In this document: in pieces, positions 1 through 7,601 of the stretch
Numbering within the stretch: the first letter of the stretch is position 1
Layout: each line of letters begins with the position of its first letter
From: a virus
Lineage: Duplodnaviria; Caudoviricetes
IMG/VR virus record: IMGVR_UViG_3300038318_000339
Span: 1-28,909 of that record
DNA: 28,909 nucleotides
Strand: one strand, 5' to 3'
The notes under the pieces: generated by a model
The model's database searches: none
The model's input: only the letters and a program-made list of their open reading frames with translations
What the model was told of the DNA's origin: nothing
Made by a program: the position numbers and the translations under genes

Positions 1-40
1 CCCCAAACGGCAAGAATCTTCTTGGAATCAGACAATAGGA

Positions 41-70
41 AAGCCCCGGAATCGCATGATTCCGGGGCTT
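41..70. terminator. Perfect 13-bp hairpin, probable intrinsic terminator
   Basis: AAGCCCCGGAATC-GCAT-GATTCCGGGGCTT. It lies 2 nt after a + strand TAG at 36-38 (frame reads PNGKNLLGIRQ*) and downstream of the - strand cargo genes. The U-tract is weak. Confidence 0.6.
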
Positions 71-118
71 CTGTTGGCAAATGCTGATAATTTTGATACA
101 GTGAAACCTTTTTCCAGC

Positions 119-200
119 AATCGTCAGCGCAAGTTTAGGTATTGTTAGCGCAAGTACGAATCGTAAGCGCGGGTTCATTGGCCGTATCATAAGCGCGATT
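119..200. repeat. Four degenerate direct repeats, consensus ATCGTNAGCGCRRGT
   Basis: aatcgtcagcgcaagt (119-134), attgttagcgcaagt (141-155), aatcgtaagcgcgggt (159-174), atcataagcgcgatt (186-200). AGCGC cores start at 126, 147, 166 and 192. Confidence 0.6.
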
Positions 201-229
201 ACAAAGTAATCATTTGATGGCGCCAATCT

Positions 230-421
230 TTAATCCTTTTTCGTAAAAGCCTTTACTGCGGTCCAGACGCCACTTGCTATTAACCCAAGAACACCTAATA
301 CGGTTACGCCAGTGTCACCAGCCTTCTTTTTACAAGCAGAACAGATGCCAGTTTTGTTTTTTCCGACTATAGTTTTTCCGCATATTTTACATTTTCGTAC
401 TTCTTCAGTTCCCTTGCTCAT
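230..421 (-). CDS. Small Zn-ribbon protein with C-terminal hydrophobic helix (63 aa)
   Basis: CKIC...CSAC pairs followed by GVTVLGVLGLIASGVWTAVKAF. GGAGG RBS precedes the ATG at 421, and the start overlaps the 3' end of the upstream gene. Confidence 0.7.
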   Translation of the reverse strand: MSKGTEEVRKCKICGKTIVGKNKTGICSACKKKAGDTGVTVLGVLGLIASGVWTAVKAFTKKD

Positions 422-1547
422 CTTCAACATCCTCCACAGAAACTATATAGACTTGTTTGTTTTCAATCGCTTGTCGTGTATTTTCCAACGCAGGCTCCAA
501 CTCTTTAGAAAATGTGTACCAGCAATCGGTGGTTTCCTCTGAATAATGAAAATTGTCGTGCATCAATTCGATGGCAGACATGCCTCTTCCGCCAATCTTC
601 TGCGTAATAAAATCATGCATTACTGTTTGATAACGATCAAGCACCCGCCTTGAATCTTCTCTTCTTCCAAGCGCCTCAAACACTTGCATCTGGACACCGG
701 AAAATTTTGTCGCCAACTGCAAGTCATCAGAAAGGTTTGAAAGAAGCGTATCAATAGATGATTGTTTGTGGAACAATGACCATTTTGTATTCTTAGCAAG
801 ATGTAATGAGGCTGTACGCATTTCTGAATAAACACTATTCAAAGCTGTCGTCACCCGGTCAGACGCTTTTTCAAGGAGTAGGTTCCTCGTCTCGATAGAT
901 GGTGCGTTTTGCGCTTGTAAAATATAATCACGAGCGTCAAAGAACGGAGTGAGAATATCCCTGTCGCGGTCACGATCCAACTGATAACTTTGCATTTCTT
1001 GAATTGCAACCAGCGTGTCTTGGATCTGCTTCATTTGCATCTGGTTTGCGATACTTCGAGTGGTTTCAAGGGTTCCGGGGTTGTTTAGTACTTTTTTTAG
1101 TGTAATATCCTTTACACGAACTCCGTTTTCATCCAAGATTACTGCACGAAGATTGCCATCAACCTGTTTGGAATCACCAATAGAATACAGGCCCTTTTTA
1201 AGTTTTTCTTTTATACCTACAGGGAGACTGTCAAAATCCGGAACAAGTGTAACATTTCCTTTGGCAACAATAGCAGCCTGCTGAATAACATCATTGATAA
1301 TACCAATGTCTGCAATAGGCACACTTGAAACCACTTCAACAAATGAGCTTTCTGCTAATGAGCGAGTTAGGTACTGCGCATACAGCCCCATAAAATCACT
1401 CATCTTTGATATTTCGTATCCGTTGATGTCGGCCTCTGTCACAAGGATATGTAATTCGGATGGAATAAGAGCTGAGCCGGGTAACTCATTACGTTCTTGC
1501 TCTTCCTGCTTTATTGAATCATCCATTTCAATTCCAACTCTTTTCAT
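405..1547 (-). CDS. Hypothetical, largely helical protein (~380 aa)
   Basis: Long ORF with a coiled-coil-like middle (IANQMQMKQIQDTLVAIQEMQ) and no catalytic motif recognised. The start could be the downstream MDDS. Confidence 0.8.
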   Translation of the reverse strand: MKRVGIEMDDSIKQEEQERNELPGSALIPSELHILVTEADINGYEISKMSDFMGLYAQYLTRSLAESSFVEVVSSVPIADIGIINDVIQQAAIVAKGNVTLVPDFDSLPVGIKEKLKKGLYSIGDSKQVDGNLRAVILDENGVRVKDITLKKVLNNPGTLETTRSIANQMQMKQIQDTLVAIQEMQSYQLDRDRDRDILTPFFDARDYILQAQNAPSIETRNLLLEKASDRVTTALNSVYSEMRTASLHLAKNTKWSLFHKQSSIDTLLSNLSDDLQLATKFSGVQMQVFEALGRREDSRRVLDRYQTVMHDFITQKIGGRGMSAIELMHDNFHYSEETTDCWYTFSKELEPALENTRQAIENKQVYIVSVEDVEDEQGN

Positions 1548-1665
1548 GATGAGAATGTCATCTTACTTTTGAGCAACCGCACCTTCCGCTTGCCAGCAAT
1601 CGAAAGCGCAGGTATAAATCGTATGCGAGGGTTTAACTCGCGTGATATCCGAATGGTTCAAGGTG

Positions 1666-1869
1666 CTACTTGCACATTTTTCGTTCCTCATCTGTAAACA
1701 GCTCATAAGACAAATCAAGACGGCGGGCTTCCCATAGGGTTACAAATACATCCGTGCCTCGGGTTTACTAATTAGCTGTTTTGCTGTTCCCAGACCGCCT
1801 TGGGCACCTTTAAGTTGAATATAACGGACAACATTATATACACCTTTCTTTTTTGCAAATAGCTATCAT
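1666..1869 (-). pseudogene. Degraded small-gene remnant
   Basis: Joining two frames gives AKKKGVYNVVRYIQLKGAQGGLGTAKQLISKP / GTDVFVTLWEARRLDLS-YELFTDEERKMCK*. This is protein-like but frameshifted, and the family is not confirmed. Confidence 0.35.
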
Positions 1870-1957
1870 GTCCTACGCAAACCTTTTTTCTCTACCCGTT
1901 ATCGTTTTCCACCCCACATTCATACGAGCTGTATGACCACCTATACTCTACAAACTC

Positions 1958-2284
1958 TTATGAACAATTTATAATTTCAAAACCGGTTTTAATTAGCTTA
2001 TCTCTTATTTTGCTATCTATTTTGGGAATTGAAATGAAAAGTTTTTCCCTAGCACGGCTAAGCGCGACATAATAAACTCGGTTATTTTCAGAGGCAATAT
2101 TCGGGTTCAATATAAAATCCAGTCCTTGATTGGCACCATCGGTTTCCGAAACGATAACCATCACGCAGTTATTCTCGTCGCCCTTTGCATGGCCAATGAA
2201 AATATTTAATTTTTCATTGAGTTCAATTACTTTTTTACCGCTAAACCCTCTGAAATTTTCAATTGATATATTTGCAATATACAT
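1958..2284 (-). pseudogene. Chimeric remnant: OLD/GajA-like ABC ATPase N-terminus fused in frame to UvrD/GajB-like helicase C-terminus
   Basis: MYIANISIENFRGF...LNIFIGH breaks off at the start of Walker A. It continues directly with AKGDE...ENNRVYYVALSRAREKLFI, which are SF1A helicase motifs V and VI. Confidence 0.75.
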
Positions 2285-2421
2285 AACATCCTCTCTCCCT
2301 CATACACAATGTTTTTGTTAAATCGCTTTGCCATCTGAGCATCTTGATTTAGAATGTCCTCATAATCGGTCTCGTTAAGATTGAATGTTTTCCCAAAATT
2401 CGGACACTTGATTTCGTGCAT
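2227..2421 (-). pseudogene. DUF2130-like N-terminal fragment
   Basis: MHEIKCPNFGKTFNLNETDYEDILNQ resembles the IKCPxCG...Y..IL.Q start of DUF2130 proteins, with the second Cys lost. It is far too short for an intact gene. Confidence 0.45.
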
Positions 2422-2454
2422 ACTTATCTTGATCCTCATCAACTTTAGTCTTTT

Positions 2455-4728
2455 TTATTTCACATTCATCATCATATTGTAATGTTGCGTCTGATCGGTA
2501 GCTGTAAATATCTTTTCAAACACAGTTCTTATCTGCTGTGGCTCAATAGCGGAAGCATCGAAGAACAGACCATCATTGAAACCGCGCGCTCCGATATTTA
2601 GAACCGAAAGCATAGCTGCTGCCACATTGTAGTCGGTTTTATCGATAGAACCATCCGAAAGCGTAGTTTCAAAGCGATGTCGGTTCTTTTCCAACAAATC
2701 AGATCGCAGGTCGCCGCTGGAATAACCACATATCTGAAGGTAGTAGTATTCCAAAATGCGCCGCGTCACGTTGATGAGTGCAATCGAATCAGTCGCTGTT
2801 CTGTACTCTTCCCAAAGAGAGTCATAAGTATTTTTCACTGGTGAATAATTAACCTTGCCGCCTCCAACACGGCCATCAGGGCGCATACATTCAATGATGT
2901 ACGACTGATTGTTCTCGCGCTTCTTCAGCTCGTATATACCTACACATTCGTTTTCTGCAATCCTGTTATAAGAAACTTCTTTGAAGAAGAACGGGTTGTG
3001 CGTCAGGCAGAAGAATTGTTTAATGTGGTCGTTTTGACTGCCATGATCTGTCATCCGATAGTTGTTATAGCAAATGGCAATCAAGTCCCGAACGAGAGAC
3101 GCCACAGTAAACATACTGCTGCTGTCCATGCTGGAAACGGGGTCATCGATGACTACGATCTTATTGACCGTTTTTCCGTCATCGGACTGGCTGCCAACGA
3201 CCATGTGATAGAAATAAAGGAAAGCAATGAAATGACGTTCGCCCTCGCTAAGTCCTTTTGCGACCTTCTCATCGGTTTCACGTATCAGCTCATAGACATA
3301 CTGTGCGCCTGGTTTTTCCCGTAGATAAAAGCCTTGAAAACCAGCGGCTTTCAGAAGCGCATTTATGCTGTCCTTGGCGACGGTCGTGTTCACGGTCTGC
3401 TGGTTCAAACGCCCGATATCAGCTTGTAGAGCGTCGGAGGCTTCCTTCGCCGTACCCATTTCGCCGCTAAGCCGCTCGATATCGGCGGTGTGCCGTTCTT
3501 TTCCGCTCTTATGTACAGCAATCTCAGACCGGCATATAAACGCCATGAACTGCCACACCTGCGCGACGCAATCCTGCTGCTTTTTCCCTTTTGCGTCGAT
3601 AACGGCATTATACTCTTTGATTTTCGCATTAATCTGCTCGATTACACCATTGATGTCAAGAAGGATGCCCGATAAATCCGCAAGGATGACTGTCTTCGCG
3701 GGGTCGTCAGTTTTCTGTTTCAAGAGAGCAACATTGCTTTGTGCCCGCTCCATGAACAGGTCGAATTTGGTCTTGTACTCCGAAAGTAGTTCACAGGTGA
3801 ATGGATTCTTGCTGTTCTCGGTGAGAAGTGCGTGTATGGCGTTTAATGCAGCTCGGTATGCCGACACAAACTGTTCCAGCTCGGTAACGCTCTTTTTATA
3901 CTGCTCGTCAAAGCAGGAGGCAAGGTCAGCCTCAAACGTGTCCGGCAAGTCCTGCTGACAGTATGGACATTTCCTTCCTGCCTCATGCTGGTATGCCTTA
4001 TGCCCTTGACTGAGCCATCCGGAAGCGTTCAATGCGCGGACGAAGCTGGCAAAGGCAGAATCGCTGCTACCAACGATAGCCTCTCCAAGGAGAGTCGATG
4101 CGGGAATGGTGGCAACATCAATAAGTTTGTACTCAATGAACCGCGTATCTGATGCTCCATAAGCGACTGCGTGTAGTTGGGAGAGAGCCGCTTCATCTAT
4201 ATCTACTGGGGAGTAGGTTTCCAGATGGGCGACGAATTTCTTCTTGTCGCGCGTATATCCGGTCTGTGTCTCTTTATACTGTGTTCTGACAGACTCGGTC
4301 ATGTCCCATATGGTTTTCTCATATGCAGCATCAATTTTTTTCTGTTTTTCTCGCTCGTCAGCGATCTTACTGTCGATGGACTTGATTTTTGCATCAAGCG
4401 CTCGCTTTTCCGCAGTCTTTTTATCGACTTCGGCTTTGATTTCCGCATTCTGTTGGGTGATGGTGAAAACGCCGGGAATATTGCCGTAGCTCTGGATATT
4501 GTCAGCGATGAATTCCTCATTATAGACCATCAGTGTATAATCGCCGGGTGTTAAACCGGAAATCCACTCTGTTGCGGCAGGGACGCCTATGTTCTTGGCG
4601 AGGGTAGATTTGCCGGTTCCATTGTTGCCAAAGAAAAAGTTGATAAGCGTCGGCTCAAACGTCACTCCGGAGAAGGTGTGGTCGTTCAGCGTGATTTTCT
4701 GGATTGCCGTCTTGATCCTGTTTCCCAT
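2455..4728 (-). CDS. rloC: RloC-like (AAA_13) SMC/Rad50-type ABC ATPase with zinc hook and C-terminal HEPN-like domain (757 aa)
   Basis: Walker A GNNGTGKS, coiled coils around a CPYCQQ hook, signature LSEGE, Walker B/D-loop IVVIDDPVSSMD, H-loop LTHN, then RRILE. AAAGGAG RBS supports the ATG at 4728. Confidence 0.85.
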   Translation of the reverse strand: MGNRIKTAIQKITLNDHTFSGVTFEPTLINFFFGNNGTGKSTLAKNIGVPAATEWISGLTPGDYTLMVYNEEFIADNIQSYGNIPGVFTITQQNAEIKAEVDKKTAEKRALDAKIKSIDSKIADEREKQKKIDAAYEKTIWDMTESVRTQYKETQTGYTRDKKKFVAHLETYSPVDIDEAALSQLHAVAYGASDTRFIEYKLIDVATIPASTLLGEAIVGSSDSAFASFVRALNASGWLSQGHKAYQHEAGRKCPYCQQDLPDTFEADLASCFDEQYKKSVTELEQFVSAYRAALNAIHALLTENSKNPFTCELLSEYKTKFDLFMERAQSNVALLKQKTDDPAKTVILADLSGILLDINGVIEQINAKIKEYNAVIDAKGKKQQDCVAQVWQFMAFICRSEIAVHKSGKERHTADIERLSGEMGTAKEASDALQADIGRLNQQTVNTTVAKDSINALLKAAGFQGFYLREKPGAQYVYELIRETDEKVAKGLSEGERHFIAFLYFYHMVVGSQSDDGKTVNKIVVIDDPVSSMDSSSMFTVASLVRDLIAICYNNYRMTDHGSQNDHIKQFFCLTHNPFFFKEVSYNRIAENECVGIYELKKRENNQSYIIECMRPDGRVGGGKVNYSPVKNTYDSLWEEYRTATDSIALINVTRRILEYYYLQICGYSSGDLRSDLLEKNRHRFETTLSDGSIDKTDYNVAAAMLSVLNIGARGFNDGLFFDASAIEPQQIRTVFEKIFTATDQTQHYNMMMNVK

Positions 4729-4753
4729 ATGCGCTCCTTTCCATGCTGCGGCT

Positions 4754-5431
4754 TCATTCAATATCGACGTGCAGCCGTGCCATTACATCGATCAGATTAC
4801 CATTTTTGATCGACCAGTGTTCTTCGTCAAGCTCATTCCGCAGCGATGCATGTACCATTCCAAGCAGTCCGATATTCTGGTTTAGAAGCTGTTGTGATAT
4901 GCCTTGGAAGCCAGTGAAGCATACCTTTATTGTTTCGCCCTGCACTCGCATATCCGTAATGCGACCGAGCAGCGCTGGATGACCTTCTTCGGTATAGCCG
5001 AAGTGCATATTCCTCTTGGCAAAGATACACGGCATACTCGCAAGCTCGGCAAGGACGGCTGGCGTGATGTTGACATACCGTTTCTTATGCTCCGGGGCAG
5101 TATATTTTCGCAAGGCGCAATTCTTGGCGATGGAGAAAGCACCGCAGTTATAATCCTCGTTCTCCAGAACGAATAAACAGTAGCGCTCCTGATTCAATGA
5201 AGCCCATTCCAGCTTATGGCTCACTTTTTGCGGCGCTGGATGTGCAGCAAATATCGACATGAGTCCCTGCATAAGCTCCGGCGTAGGGCAGTTAATATTC
5301 AGGTTTATTGTTCCGGCATTCGTGCCCACCTGAATGCCGGAGCCGGTGTTGACCATTCCGTTCGTGGCCTGTGGAAATTCAACTGCTGTGGGCTGTGCGG
5401 CAGCCAGCACTATTTCATTTTTATCTGCCAT
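4754..5431 (-). CDS. Hypothetical protein C: N-terminal RHIM-like motif plus 'HWxIK' domain (225 aa)
   Basis: NTGSGIQVGTNAGTINLNIN near the N-terminus. The C-terminal domain ends ELDEEHWSIKNGNLI and is paralogous to 5436..6026. Confidence 0.85.
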   Translation of the reverse strand: MADKNEIVLAAAQPTAVEFPQATNGMVNTGSGIQVGTNAGTINLNINCPTPELMQGLMSIFAAHPAPQKVSHKLEWASLNQERYCLFVLENEDYNCGAFSIAKNCALRKYTAPEHKKRYVNITPAVLAELASMPCIFAKRNMHFGYTEEGHPALLGRITDMRVQGETIKVCFTGFQGISQQLLNQNIGLLGMVHASLRNELDEEHWSIKNGNLIDVMARLHVDIE

Positions 5432-5435
5432 TCAA

Positions 5436-6026
5436 TCACCCCCACATAGCAACACCTGCGTCCTGTAACACTTGTATTAAGTTGATATTCTTTATCGCCC
5501 AGTGCGTTCGGTACGATTCATAACCATTCACGGTATCAAGTGCATATTCGTTCTCAAGCAACACCTTGACCGGGATTGGATAGAGCTGCCGGAAGTAGAC
5601 CATCACGCCGTTTTGCTGTTTGCGGACATCTGTCACAAACGCAAATACGGCGTTTTTCTCGCTTGGAGTGGTTTTACAATATTCATCAACAATAATAGAC
5701 GGAAATCTCTTTATTTCCGCGATTGCGTTATCATCCAAAGAAGCAAATCGGCTCTTTAATTCCGGCGTCATGTACTCGGTTAATGCACGGTCTTTCGGCA
5801 CAAGCAGATGGTCGGAGATAAATGGGTCAAAGCCAATGAACAGATTGTAGTAATCAGTATTGGCTGGCCTCTGCTGACCATTCGAGCCGGTTATTATCAG
5901 GTTAACCGTTGGGGAAAAAGTGTCGGCGTGGCCAACCTGAACGCCTTTCCCGTAATTGTTGTATGTACTCACCTCTGGAACGGTTTGCTGTATGCCGTCC
6001 GATATGCTCTTCAGCTTGTCCTCCAT
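5436..6026 (-). CDS. Hypothetical protein B: N-terminal RHIM-like motif plus 'HWxIK' domain (196 aa)
   Basis: NNYGKGVQVGHADTF near the N-terminus. The domain ends ESYRTHWAIKNINLI. GAGGG RBS; gaps to neighbours are 10 and 4 nt. Confidence 0.85.
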   Translation of the reverse strand: MEDKLKSISDGIQQTVPEVSTYNNYGKGVQVGHADTFSPTVNLIITGSNGQQRPANTDYYNLFIGFDPFISDHLLVPKDRALTEYMTPELKSRFASLDDNAIAEIKRFPSIIVDEYCKTTPSEKNAVFAFVTDVRKQQNGVMVYFRQLYPIPVKVLLENEYALDTVNGYESYRTHWAIKNINLIQVLQDAGVAMWG

Positions 6027-6036
6027 ATGCAGTCCC

Positions 6037-6897
6037 TCAATTTATGTTGATTGTCAGAGTCCCGTTGAGCTCTTCAATCTGCACACCCTTGCCGTAATTG
6101 TTCATGATAACCTGTTTTTTGGCCTGTGAAGCGGCCTCCGTCTTCTCAGAACGCGGGCTTTCATCACTTTTTGGGACGTCATCCACTATTTCGGCTTCGA
6201 CCGGTGGTATGTCCGTATCTTCCGTCCGTTTCGCTTCAGCAGCATCTTTATGCCCTTTGCAGGGATAGACCCGCTCGATATGCGTTCCCAAAAGTGTCGG
6301 CTTCCAGTCCGTAATCGTGCTGCGACCGAGGATGTTCGTCGGTCGATGAAACAAGATATAGTGCCAAACTCCGACGAGAAATGGCTGAAAGCAAATCTCC
6401 GTAGCCGCAAGGATCTGTTCTCTTGTTGAGGGAGAGCCATCCTCATTTATATAGAACATATCTGTATCCGGAATGATGTCATTCCGGATTATTTCCACGA
6501 GCGTCTTTACGAGGCGCTCGTCTTTTTTTGAGGTCGTATCGACATCGAGGAAACCATCGGCAAACGCAGCCATGCGTGACAGCGCGGTCTGATAGTCATT
6601 TCGAACGCACTCGTCAAACGCATGAACTTCGGCAGAATCCTCGCTAAAAGGCAGGTATGTTCCACATTCTTTTCGGCAGTTCTTGTATGCGGAAGTATTC
6701 TCTTTAAATGTGCCACCGGCGGGCGCGGTAAAGTCCGGACTCATCACTTGAATAAATGCCAGCATGGTTTCAGGGTCAGAAAGACCGTCGTGTTCGCCCA
6801 TATAGTGTTCGCGCACGCCTTTTCTTGACGGATGCGCTTTCATCAAGTGGGTCAGAAAGACCCCGCCGCACAAGTACGGTATGCTCTGTTCGGGCAT
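6037..6897 (-). CDS. Hypothetical protein A: globular N-terminal domain, acidic linker, C-terminal RHIM-like tail (286 aa)
   Basis: Starts PYLCGGVFL, has a low-complexity D/E/P/S linker and ends MNNYGKGVQIEELNGTLTININ*. Strong AAGGAGG RBS. Confidence 0.85.
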   Translation of the reverse strand: MPEQSIPYLCGGVFLTHLMKAHPSRKGVREHYMGEHDGLSDPETMLAFIQVMSPDFTAPAGGTFKENTSAYKNCRKECGTYLPFSEDSAEVHAFDECVRNDYQTALSRMAAFADGFLDVDTTSKKDERLVKTLVEIIRNDIIPDTDMFYINEDGSPSTREQILAATEICFQPFLVGVWHYILFHRPTNILGRSTITDWKPTLLGTHIERVYPCKGHKDAAEAKRTEDTDIPPVEAEIVDDVPKSDESPRSEKTEAASQAKKQVIMNNYGKGVQIEELNGTLTININ

Positions 6898-6920
6898 CGG
6901 TTTTCCTCCTTAAAACTAAT

Positions 6921-7051
6921 ATCTTTACTATCGTTACTATCGCTGCTAACCATAGCGCGACCACCTTGCTAACTATTGGATAGCTCCTGTGAGAGATCAC
7001 GGGAGCCTTTCTTCCTGTGATCCTCAACGAAAGTCACAGGAGGAAAAATCC
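6921..7051. promoter_or_regulatory. Divergent control region with 9-bp tandem repeats and two related hairpins
   Basis: TTACTATCG x2 (6925-6942) plus CTGCTAACC/TTGCTAACT variants. Hairpins at 6983-7006 and 7009-7045 share CCTGTGA/TCAC(A/G)GG arms, and the second covers the AGGAGG RBS. Confidence 0.6.
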
Positions 7052-7546
7052 ATGTCAACCAATGAAAATCGCAAGGAACACTACATCTACGACCCCGCAA
7101 CCAAGCAGCGCATCCCCGTCAGCGATGAGGTCTACAACGCGTTCTACCGCCCGATCTGGAACACATTCCGTAAGGCGCACCGCCACGGCTGCTGTTCCTG
7201 CCCCGGAAGCAGGTGGTGGCTCTGCGGCGGCGACTGCGCCGATTGCAAGTACCGCGCCGCCGGAGACAGTTTATCGCTCGACTACGAGCAGGAGGTGGTC
7301 GGCGACATCCGCGAGGACGAGTCCGCCGACATAGAATCTATCGTGACTGACCGCATCATCTTTGACCAGCTCCTTAAAAGGTTGGATGAGCTGATGCCGG
7401 AAGCTCGTCGCATTGGGGAGCTTCGCCTCGATGGCCTTTCGGACAGCGACATCGCCGATATCCTCGGCATCCCGCGCACGACGTTTCTCTCAAGGCTCAA
7501 GAAAGCCAAGGCCAAGCTTCACGTCGAATATAGTGACCTGATCTAA
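7052..7546 (+). CDS. Sigma-70 region-4 HTH protein (ECF-like element regulator) with Cys cluster (164 aa)
   Basis: GLSDSDIADILGIPRTTFLSRLKKAK is a sigma region-4 HTH. CSCP...CGGDCADC is a likely Zn site. AGGAGG RBS precedes ATG 7052. Confidence 0.85.
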   Translation: MSTNENRKEHYIYDPATKQRIPVSDEVYNAFYRPIWNTFRKAHRHGCCSCPGSRWWLCGGDCADCKYRAAGDSLSLDYEQEVVGDIREDESADIESIVTDRIIFDQLLKRLDELMPEARRIGELRLDGLSDSDIADILGIPRTTFLSRLKKAKAKLHVEYSDLI

Positions 7547-7550
7547 CCCG

Positions 7551-7594
7551 GGAAGGCTTTCCGGCTACCATCGTGGCGGCCGGGAAGCTTTTCC
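7551..7594. terminator. Long imperfect hairpin between convergent genes
   Basis: GGAAGGCTTTCCGGCTACCA-TCG-TGGCGGCCGGGAAGCTTTTCC lies between the stops at 7546 (+) and 7602 (-). Confidence 0.6.
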
Positions 7595-7601
7595 GTTTGG
7601 A

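Noticed and set aside
1-38. 3' end of an upstream + strand CDS (PNGKNLLGIRQ*)
   Set aside because: Eleven codons are too few to identify. The only support is the hairpin that follows.
119-200. CRISPR-like mini-array
   Set aside because: Repeats are only ~15 bp and degenerate, spacers are too short, and there are no cas genes. DUF2800 is a phage Cas4-like nuclease in a replication operon.
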